Positions 42,601-52,500 of a stretch of DNA of 64,000 nucleotides are shown in pieces; position 1 is the stretch's first letter, and every line of letters begins with the position of its first letter. The notes beneath the pieces are model-generated. The model was not told the DNA's origin. It made no database searches and saw only the letters and a list, made by a program, of their open reading frames with translations. The DNA is from Nemertoderma westbladi. Lineage: Eukaryota > Animalia > Xenacoelomorpha. The position numbers and the translations under genes were made by a program. The stretch covers positions 1 through 64,000 of the forward strand of contig JAUCBJ010009107.1 of the NCBI GenBank assembly GCA_032718475.1, given 5' to 3'.

Positions 42601-44085
42601 CGTCCTCGTTATTCTGCCCTCTAGCTATTGCTATTGTTGTATTTTGTATCCGTCCTCGTTATTCTGCCCTCTAGCTATTGCTATTGTTGTATTTTGTATC
42701 CGTCCTCGTTATTCTGACCTCTAGCTATTGCTATTGTTGTATTTTGTATCCGTCCTCGTTATTCTGCCCTCTAGCTATTGCTATTGTTGTATTTTGTATC
42801 CGTCCTCGTTATTCTGCCTTCTAGCTATTGCTATTGTTGTATTTTGTATCCGTCCTCGTTATTCTGCCCTATAGCTATTGCTATTGTTGTATTTTGTATC
42901 CGTCCTCGTTATTCTGACCTCTAGCTATTGCTATTGTTGTATTTTGTATCCGTCCTCGTTATTCTGCCCTCTAGCTATTGCTATTGTTGTATTTTGTATC
43001 CGTCCTCGTTATTCTGCCCTCTAGCTATTGCTATTGTTGTATTTTGTATCCGTCCTCGTTATTCTGCCCTCTAGCTATTGCTATTGTTGTATTTTGTATC
43101 CGTCCTCGTTATTCTGCCCTCTAGCTATTGCTATTGTTGTATTTTGTATCCGTCCTCGTTATTCTGCCCTCTAGCTATTGCTATTGTTGTATTTTGTATC
43201 CGTCCTCGTTATTCTGCCCTCTAGCTATTGCTATTGTTGTATTTTGTATCCGTCCTCGTTATTCTGCCCTCTAGCTATTGCTATGTTGTATTTTGTATCC
43301 GTCCTCGTTATTCTGCCCTCTAGCTATTGCTATGTTGTATTTTGCATCCGTCCTCGTTATTCTGCCCTCTAGCTATTGCTATGTTGTATTTTGCATCCGT
43401 CCTCGTTATTCTGCCCTCTAGCTATTGCTATTGTTGTATTTTGTATCCGTCCTCGTTATTCTGCCCTCTAGCTATTGCTATGTTGTATTTTGCATCCGTC
43501 CTCGTTATTCTGCCCTCTAGCTATTGCTATGTTGTATTTTGCATCCGTTCTCGTTATTCTGCCCTCTAGCTATTGCTATTGTTGTATTTTGTATCCGTCC
43601 TCGTTATTCTGCCCTCTAGCTATTGCTATTTTGTATTTTGTATCCGTCCTCGTTATTCTGCCCTCTAGCTATTGCTATTTTGTATTTTGTATCCGTCCTC
43701 GTTATTCTGCCCTCTAGCTATTGCTATTTTGTATTTTGTATCCGTCCTCGTTATTCTGCCCTCTAGCTATTGCTATTTTGTATTTTGTATCCGTCCTCGT
43801 TATTCTGCCCTCTAGCTATTGCTATGTTGTATTTTGCATCCGTCCTCGTTATTCTGCCCTCTAGCTATTGCTATGTTGTATTTTGCATCCGTCCTCGTTA
43901 TTCTGCCCTCTAGCTATTGCTATTGTTGTATTTTGCATCCGCCCTCGTTATTCTGCCCTCTAGCTATTGCTATTGTTGTATTTTGCATCCGTCCTCGTTA
44001 TTCTGCCCTCTAGCTATTATTGTCATGTTGTATTTTGTATTTGTCCAGTTGTCCTCGTTATTCTGCCCACTTAGTTATTGCTATG
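3650..44085. repeat. 50-bp satellite (CTAGCTATTGCTATTGTTGTATTTTG[C/T]ATCCGTCCTCGTTATTCTGCCCT), about 40.4 kb, roughly 810 copies
   Basis: Unit directly visible. There are 49-bp deletion variants and a rare 57-bp variant containing TTTGTCCAGTT. Variant order recurs in multi-kb blocks. Confidence 0.99.
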
Positions 44086-44215
44086 TATTCGTTCCTAGTT
44101 CCTAGTATATTTACCTTATCTGTTTTATATTATTTGTTGCTGGACTTTTTTCCTGTGGCGTATTGATATACTTTCATTATCCCCTTAGTAAATAAATATA
44201 TCTATCTATCTATCT
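44086..44215 (+). mobile_element. Possible 3' end of a non-LTR retroelement (AATAAA followed by a (TATC)n tail)
   Basis: AATAAA at 44191-44196 followed by TATCTATCTATCTATCT to 44215. A polyA signal plus microsatellite tail is typical of several LINE/SINE clades. No coding remnant is seen. Confidence 0.4.
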
Positions 44216-44281
44216 GTTTATAGTTCTCTGTAGTTTTATGAATCGCTGGTTTGTAAAGTCGACGTGTTTATTCCGTTCCAG

Positions 44282-44393
44282 GTGGAGCGTAAACGACACA
44301 TTGGTAACGACATAGTCGCCATTGTTTATTACGAGTCAGACATAGACGAATTGCCTAACTTCAAACCCAGCATGATCAAAAGTCACTTCACAC
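44282..44393 (+). CDS. GARNL3: Internal exon of GARNL3-like RapGAP protein: VERKRHIGNDIVAIVYYESDIDELPNFKPSMIKSHFT(H)
   Basis: Acceptor ttccgttccAG ends at 44281; 112 bp, phase 0 to 1. Contains the RapGAP catalytic-helix motif RKRHIGND. FKPSMIKSHFTH matches my recollection of GARNL3 (FKPSMIRSHFTH) rather than RAP1GAP/SIPA1. Confidence 0.93.
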
Positions 44394-46435
44394 GTATCCT
44401 TTGCTTACAATAATTATTATAACTAATTAATTAGCTAGACAAAGTTCGGCTCGATATATTTTTTTACATTATATTTGATCTGTAAATGAGTCATTAGTTT
44501 GTATGTAAGACATCTCTTGTTTGATGGCATGTTGCTAGGTTTCACTGCGGTGGCGTGTTGTTAGCGATGTCGTGTTGCTATAGCGATGGCGTGTTGCTAG
44601 GTTTCACCGCGGTGGCGTGTTGCTAGCGATGGCGTGTTGCTTTAGAGATGGCGTGTTGCTATAGCGATGGTGTGTTGCTAGCGATGGCGTGTTGATATAG
44701 CGATGGCGTGTTGCTAGCGATGGCGTGTTGCTATAGCAATGGCGTGTTGCTAGCGATGGGGTGTTGCTAGCGATGGTGTATGGCTAACAATGGCGTGTTG
44801 CTATAGAGATGGCGTGTTGCTATAGCGATGGCGTGTTGCTATAGAGATGGCGTGTTGCTATAGAGATGGCGTGTTGCTATAGCGATGGCGTGTTGCTATA
44901 GCGATGGCGTGTTGCTATAGAGATTGCGTGTTGCTAAAGCGATGGCGTGTTACTAGCGATGGCGTGTTGCTATAGCGATGGCGTGTTGCTACAGCGATGG
45001 CGTGTTGCTAGCGATGGTGTGTTGCTAACGATGGCGTGTTGCTATAGAGATGGCGTGTTGCTATAGCGATGGTGTGTTGCTATAGAGATGGCGTGTTGCT
45101 ATGGCGATGGCGTGTTGCTATAGCAATTGCGTGTTGCTATAGAGATGGCGTGTTGCTATAGCGATGGCGTGTTGCTATATCGATGGCGTGTTGCTATAGC
45201 GATGGCATGTTGCTAGCGATGGCGTGTTGCTATAGCGATGGCGTGTTGCTAGCGATGGCGTGTTGCTAGCGATGGCGTGTTGCTATAGCGATGGCGTGTT
45301 GCTAGCGATGGTGTGTTGCTATAGAGATGGTGTGTTGCTAGCTATGGCGTGTTGCTAGCGATGGCGTGCTGCTATAGAGATGGCGTGTTGCTATAGCGAT
45401 GGCGTGTTGCTAGCGATGGCGTGTTGCTAGCGATGGCGTGTTGCTAGCGATAGCGTGTTGCTAGCGATGGCGTGTTGCTAGCGATGGCGTGTTGCTATAG
45501 AGATGGCGTGTTGCTATAGCGATGGCGTGTTGCTAGCAATGGCGTGTTGCTAGCGATGGCGTGTTGCTTTAGCGATGGCGTGTTGCTATAGAGATGGCGT
45601 GTTGCTATAGAGATGGCGTGTTGCTAGCGATGGCGTGTTGCTATAGAGATGGCGTGTTGCTATAGAGATGGCGTGTTGCTAGCGATGGCGTGTTGCTATA
45701 GAGATGGCGTGTTGCTAGCGATGGCGTGTTGATATAGAGATGGCGTGTTGCTAGCCATGGCGTTTGCTGTAGCGATGGCGTGTTGCTATAGCGATGGCGT
45801 GTTGCTAGCGATGGCGTGTTGCTATAGCGATGGCGTGTTGCTATAGCGATGGCGTGTTGCTAGCGAAAGCGATGGCGTGTTGCTAGCGATGGCATGTTGC
45901 GATGGCGTGTTGCTATAGCGATGGCGTGTTGCTAGCGAAAGCGATGGCGTGTTGCTAGCGAAAGCGATGGCGTGTTGCTAGCGATGGCATGTTGCTAGCG
46001 ATGGCGTGTTGCTAGCGATGGCATGTTGCTAGCGATGGCGTGTTGCTATAGCGATGGCGTGTTGCTATAGCGATGGCGTGTTGCTATAGCGATGGCATTT
46101 TGCTAGCGATGAAGTGTTGCTATAGCGATGGTGTGTTGCTATAGCGATGGCGTGTTGCTAGCGATGAAGTGTTGCTAGCTCTCACCATTCAGTATACTTA
46201 TAGTTTTGACTAGTTTTGAAGTAGCGGCTTGACAAAAGTGTGGATGATTATTTGGTTTAAACTTTGCGAGAAAGGCTTCAAATCGGTAAATTCACGTGAT
46301 ATTTAGTTAAATTCTGTAGCGAATAGTTTCTAGTATTTCAAGATGACTGACATCACATAATTAGTTGTGCCTAACTTACCTTCAGTTATCACACTTTCGT
46401 AACTTTCCTTAAACGAACCCTGCGTCACCCCACAG
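44394..46435 (+). other. U12-type (minor spliceosome) GT-AG intron, 2042 bp
   Basis: Donor GTATCCTTT is an exact U12 consensus. Branch-site-like TTTCCTTAAAC at 46404-46414 lies about 20 nt before CACAG, with no strong polypyrimidine tract. Splicing restores the codon C|AT (His) in SHFTHIFALV. Confidence 0.9.
44523..46179. repeat. 17/19-bp minisatellite (GCGATGGCGTGTTGCTA[TA]), about 90 copies
   Basis: Two interspersed length classes differ by a TA dinucleotide; the array fills most of the U12 intron. Confidence 0.97.
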
Positions 46436-46477
46436 ATATATTCGCGCTGGTTACTTACCTGCGACATATGGACGCCT
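46436..46477 (+). CDS. GARNL3: Start of next GARNL3 exon: (H)IFALVTYLRHMDA..., truncated by the assembly gap
   Basis: In-phase continuation after CACAG; HIFALV.Y follows SHFT as in GARNL3. Confidence 0.88.
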
Positions 46478-46577
46478 NNNNNNNNNNNNNNNNNNNNNNN
46501 NNNNNNNNNNNNNNNNNNNNNNNNNNNNNNNNNNNNNNNNNNNNNNNNNNNNNNNNNNNNNNNNNNNNNNNNNNNNN
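46478..46577. other. Assembly gap (100 N placeholder)
   Basis: Exactly 100 n. Confidence 1.
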
Positions 46578-49500
46578 AGATAGGGTAGCCAAAGTATTTA
46601 GTTTAGAGTCACCTTAGTTAGATAGGGTAGCCAAAGTATTTAGTTTAGAGTCACCTTAGTTAGATAGGGTAGCCAAAGTATTTAGTTTAGAGTCACCTTA
46701 GTTAGATAGGGTAGCCAAAGTATTTAGTTTAGAGTCACCTTAGTTAGATAGGGTAGCCAAAGTATTTAGTTTAGAGTCACCTTAGTTAGATAGGGTAGCC
46801 AAAGTATTTAGTTTAGAGTCACCTTAGTTAGATAGGGTAGCCAAAGTATTTAGTTTAGAGTCACCTTAGTTAGATAGGGTAGCCAAAGTATTTAGTTTAG
46901 AGTCACCTTAGTTAGATAGGGTAGCCAAAGTATTTAGTTTAGAGTCACCTTAGTTAGATAGGGTAGCCAAAGTATTTAGTTTAGAGTCACCTTAGTTAGA
47001 TAGGGTAGCCAAAGTATTTAGTTTAGAGTCACCTTAGTTAGATAGGGTAGCCAAAGTATTTAGTTTAGAGTCACCTTAGTTAGATAGGGTAGCCAAAGTA
47101 TTTAGTTTAGAGTCACCTTAGTTAGATAGGGTAGCCAAAGTATTTAGTTTAGAGTCACCTTAGTTAGATAGGGTAGCCAAAGTATTTAGTTTAGAGTCAC
47201 CTTAGTTAGATAGGGTAGCCAAAGTATTTAGTTTAGAGTCACCTTAGTTAGATAGGGTAGCCAAAGTATTTAGTTTAGAGTCACCTTAGTTAGATAGGGT
47301 AGCCAAAGTATTTAGTTTAGAGTCACCTTAGTTAGATAGGGTAGCCAAAGTATTTAGTTTAGAGTCACCTTAGTTAGATAGGGTAGCCAAAGTATTTAGT
47401 TTAGAGTCACCTTAGTTAGATAGGGTAGCCAAAGTATTTAGTTTAGAGTCACATTAGTTAGATAGGGTAGCCAAAGTATTTAGTTTAGAGTCACCTTAGT
47501 TAGATAGGGTAGCCAAAGTATTTAGTTTAGAGTCACATTAGTTAGATAGGGTAGCCAAAGTATTTAGTTTAGAGTCACCTTAGTTAGATAGGGTAGCCAA
47601 AGTATTTAGTTTAGAGTCACCTTAGTTAGATAGGGTAGCCAAAGTATTTAGTTTAGAGTCACCTTAGTTAGATAGGGTAGCCAAAGTATTTAGTTTAGAG
47701 TCACCTTAGTTAGATAGGGTAGCCAAAGTATTTAGTTTAGAGTCACCTTAGTTAGATAGGGTAGCCAAAGTATTTAGTTTAGAGTCACCTTAGTTAGATA
47801 GGGTAGCCAAAGTATTTAGTTTAGAGTCACATTAGTTAGATAGGGTAGCCAAAGTATTTAGTTTAGAGTCACATTAGTTAGATAGGGTAGCCAAAGTATT
47901 TAGTTTAGAGTCACCTTAGTTAGATAGGGTAGCCAAAGTATTTAGTTTAGAGTCACCTTAGTTAGATAGGGTAGCCAAAGTATTTAGTTTAGAGTCACCT
48001 TAGTTAGATAGGGTAGCCAAAGTATTTAGTTTAGAGTCACCTTAGTTAGATAGGGTAGCCAAAGTATTTAGTTTAGAGTCACCTTAGTTAGATAGGGTAG
48101 CCAAAGTATTTAGTTTAGAGTCACCTTAGTTAGATAGGGTAGCCAAAGTATTTAGTTTAGAGTCACCTTAGTTAGATAGGGTAGCCAAAGTATTTAGTTT
48201 AGAGTCACCTTAGTTAGATAGGGTAGCCAAAGTATTTAGTTTAGAGTCACCTTAGTTAGATAGGGTAGCCAAAGTATTTAGTTTAGAGTCACCTTAGTTA
48301 GATAGGGTAGCCAAAGTATTTAGTTTAGAGTCACCTTAGTTAGATAGGGTAGCCAAAGTATTTAGTTTAGAGTCACCTTAGTTAGATAGGGTAGCCAAAG
48401 TATTTAGTTTAGAGTCACCTTAGTTAGATAGGGTAGCCAAAGTATTTAGTTTAGAGTCACCTTAGTTAGATAGGGTAGCCAAAGTATTTAGTTTAGAGTC
48501 ACCTTAGTTAGATAGGGTAGCCAAAGTATTTAGTTTAGAGTCACCTTAGTTAGATAGGGTAGCCAAAGTATTTAGTTTAGAGTCACCTTAGTTAGATAGG
48601 GTAGCCAAAGTATTTAGTTTAGAGTCACCTTAGTTAGATAGGGTAGCCAAAGTATTTAGTTTAGAGTCACCTTAGTTAGATAGGGTAGCCAAAGTATTTA
48701 GTTTAGAGTCACCTTAGTTAGATAGGGTAGCCAAAGTATTTAGTTTAGAGTCACCTTAGTTAGATAGGGTAGCCAAAGTATTTAGTTTAGAGTCACCTTA
48801 GTTAGATAGGGTAGCCAAAGTATTTAGTTTAGAGTCACCTTAGTTAGATAGGGTAGCCAAAGTATTTAGTTTAGAGTCACCTTAGTTAGATAGGGTAGCC
48901 AAAGTATTTAGTTTAGAGTCACCTTAGTTAGATAGGGTAGCCAAAGTATTTAGTTTAGAGTCACCTTAGTTAGATAGGGTAGCCAAAGTATTTAGTTTAG
49001 AGTCACCTTAGTTAGATAGGGTAGCCAAAGTATTTAGTTTAGAGTCACCTTAGTTAGATAGGGTAGCCAAAGTATTTAGTTTAGAGTCACCTTAGTTAGA
49101 TAGGGTAGCCAAAGTATTTAGTTTAGAGTCACCTTAGTTAGATAGGGTAGCCAAAGTATTTAGTTTAGAGTCACCTTAGTTAGATAGGGTAGCCAAAGTA
49201 TTTAGTTTAGAGTCACCTTAGTTAGATAGGGTAGCCAAAGTATTTAGTTTAGAGTCACCTTAGTTAGATAGGGTAGCCAAAGTATTTAGTTTAGAGTCAC
49301 CTTAGTTAGATAGGGTAGCCAAAGTATTTAGTTTAGAGTCACCTTAGTTAGATAGGGTAGCCAAAGTATTTAGTTTAGAGTCACCTTAGTTAGATAGGGT
49401 AGCCAAAGTATTTAGTTTAGAGTCACCTTAGTTAGATAGGGTAGCCAAAGTATTTAGTTTAGAGTCACCTTAGTTAGATAGGGTAGCCAAAGTATTTAGT

Positions 49501-52500
49501 TTAGAGTCACCTTAGTTAGATAGGGTAGCCAAAGTATTTAGTTTAGAGTCACCTTAGTTAGATAGGGTAGCCAAAGTATTTAGTTTAGAGTCACCTTAGT
49601 TAGATAGGGTAGCCAAAGTATTTAGTTTAGAGTCACCTTAGTTAGATAGGGTAGCCAAAGTATTTAGTTTAGAGTCACCTTAGTTAGATAGGGTAGCCAA
49701 AGTATTTAGTTTAGAGTCACCTTAGTTAGATAGGGTAGCCAAAGTATTTAGTTTAGAGTCACCTTAGTTAGATAGGGTAGCCAAAGTATTTAGTTTAGAG
49801 TCACCTTAGTTAGATAGGGTAGCCAAAGTATTTAGTTTAGAGTCACCTTAGTTAGATAGGGTAGCCAAAGTATTTAGTTTAGAGTCACCTTAGTTAGATA
49901 GGGTAGCCAAAGTATTTAGTTTAGAGTCACCTTAGTTAGATAGGGTAGCCAAAGTATTTAGTTTAGAGTCACCTTAGTTAGATAGGGTAGCCAAAGTATT
50001 TAGTTTAGAGTCACCTTAGTTAGATAGGGTAGCCAAAGTATTTAGTTTAGAGTCACCTTAGTTAGATAGGGTAGCCAAAGTATTTAGTTTAGAGTCACCT
50101 TAGTTAGATAGGGTAGCCAAAGTATTTAGTTTAGAGTCACCTTAGTTAGATAGGGTAGCCAAAGTATTTAGTTTAGAGTCACCTTAGTTAGATAGGGTAG
50201 CCAAAGTATTTAGTTTAGAGTCACCTTAGTTAGATAGGGTAGCCAAAGTATTTAGTTTAGAGTCACCTTAGTTAGATAGGGTAGCCAAAGTATTTAGTTT
50301 AGAGTCACCTTAGTTAGATAGGGTAGCCAAAGTATTTAGTTTAGAGTCACCTTAGTTAGATAGGGTAGCCAAAGTATTTAGTTTAGAGTCACCTTAGTTA
50401 GATAGGGTAGCCAAAGTATTTAGTTTAGAGTCACCTTAGTTAGATAGGGTAGCCAAAGTATTTAGTTTAGAGTCACCTTAGTTAGATAGGGTAGCCAAAG
50501 TATTTAGTTTAGAGTCACCTTAGTTAGATAGGGTAGCCAAAGTATTTAGTTTAGAGTCACCTTAGTTAGATAGGGTAGCCAAAGTATTTAGTTTAGAGTC
50601 ACCTTAGTTAGATAGGGTAGCCAAAGTATTTAGTTTAGAGTCACCTTAGTTAGATAGGGTAGCCAAAGTATTTAGTTTAGAGTCACCTTAGTTAGATAGG
50701 GTAGCCAAAGTATTTAGTTTAGAGTCACCTTAGTTAGATAGGGTAGCCAAAGTATTTAGTTTAGAGTCACCTTAGTTAGATAGGGTAGCCAAAGTATTTA
50801 GTTTAGAGTCACCTTAGTTAGATAGGGTAGCCAAAGTATTTAGTTTAGAGTCACCTTAGTTAGATAGGGTAGCCAAAGTATTTAGTTTAGAGTCACCTTA
50901 GTTAGATAGGGTAGCCAAAGTATTTAGTTTAGAGTCACCTTAGTTAGATAGGGTAGCCAAAGTATTTAGTTTAGAGTCACCTTAGTTAGATAGGGTAGCC
51001 AAAGTATTTAGTTTAGAGTCACCTTAGTTAGATAGGGTAGCCAAAGTATTTAGTTTAGAGTCACCTTAGTTAGATAGGGTAGCCAAAGTATTTAGTTTAG
51101 AGTCACCTTAGTTAGATAGGGTAGCCAAAGTATTTAGTTTAGAGTCACCTTAGTTAGATAGGGTAGCCAAAGTATTTAGTTTAGAGTCACCTTAGTTAGA
51201 TAGGGTAGCCAAAGTATTTAGTTTAGAGTCACCTTAGTTAGATAGGGTAGCCAAAGTATTTAGTTTAGAGTCACCTTAGTTAGATAGGGTAGCCAAAGTA
51301 TTTAGTTTAGAGTCACCTTAGTTAGATAGGGTAGCCAAAGTATTTAGTTTAGAGTCACCTTAGTTAGATAGGGTAGCCAAAGTATTTAGTTTAGAGTCAC
51401 CTTAGTTAGATAGGGTAGCCAAAGTATTTAGTTTAGAGTCACCTTAGTTAGATAGGGTAGCCAAAGTATTTAGTTTAGAGTCACCTTAGTTAGATAGGGT
51501 AGCCAAAGTATTTAGTTTAGAGTCACCTTAGTTAGATAGGGTAGCCAAAGTATTTAGTTTAGAGTCACCTTAGTTAGATAGGGTAGCCAAAGTATTTAGT
51601 TTAGAGTCACCTTAGTTAGATAGGGTAGCCAAAGTATTTAGTTTAGAGTCACCTTAGTTAGATAGGGTAGCCAAAGTATTTAGTTTAGAGTCACCTTAGT
51701 TAGATAGGGTAGCCAAAGTATTTAGTTTAGAGTCACCTTAGTTAGATAGGGTAGCCAAAGTATTTAGTTTAGAGTCACCTTAGTTAGATAGGGTAGCCAA
51801 AGTATTTAGTTTAGAGTCACCTTAGTTAGATAGGGTAGCCAAAGTATTTAGTTTAGAGTCACCTTAGTTAGATAGGGTAGCCAAAGTATTTAGTTTAGAG
51901 TCACCTTAGTTAGATAGGGTAGCCAAAGTATTTAGTTTAGAGTCACCTTAGTTAGATAGGGTAGCCAAAGTATTTAGTTTAGAGTCACCTTAGTTAGATA
52001 GGGTAGCCAAAGTATTTAGTTTAGAGTCACCTTAGTTAGATAGGGTAGCCAAAGTATTTAGTTTAGAGTCACCTTAGTTAGATAGGGTAGCCAAAGTATT
52101 TAGTTTAGAGTCACCTTAGTTAGATAGGGTAGCCAAAGTATTTAGTTTAGAGTCACCTTAGTTAGATAGGGTAGCCAAAGTATTTAGTTTAGAGTCACCT
52201 TAGTTAGATAGGGTAGCCAAAGTATTTAGTTTAGAGTCACCTTAGTTAGATAGGGTAGCCAAAGTATTTAGTTTAGAGTCACCTTAGTTAGATAGGGTAG
52301 CCAAAGTATTTAGTTTAGAGTCACCTTAGTTAGATAGGGTAGCCAAAGTATTTAGTTTAGAGTCACCTTAGTTAGATAGGGTAGCCAAAGTATTTAGTTT
52401 AGAGTCACCTTAGTTAGATAGGGTAGCCAAAGTATTTAGTTTAGAGTCACCTTAGTTAGATAGGGTAGCCAAAGTATTTAGTTTAGAGTCACCTTAGTTA

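Noticed and set aside
2936-44105. More than 130 Cys/Leu-rich ORFs (MLLLYFASV..., MCVVYSV...)
   Set aside because: These are translations of satellite units that stay open only where 49-bp variants shift frame past the TAG; they are not genes.
46370-46477. Two perfect minus-strand donors (AG|GTAAGT) suggesting a micro-exon gene
   Set aside because: The plus-strand GARNL3 exon and U12 3' end explain the region with protein-level support; the minus-strand peptide is unrecognisable.
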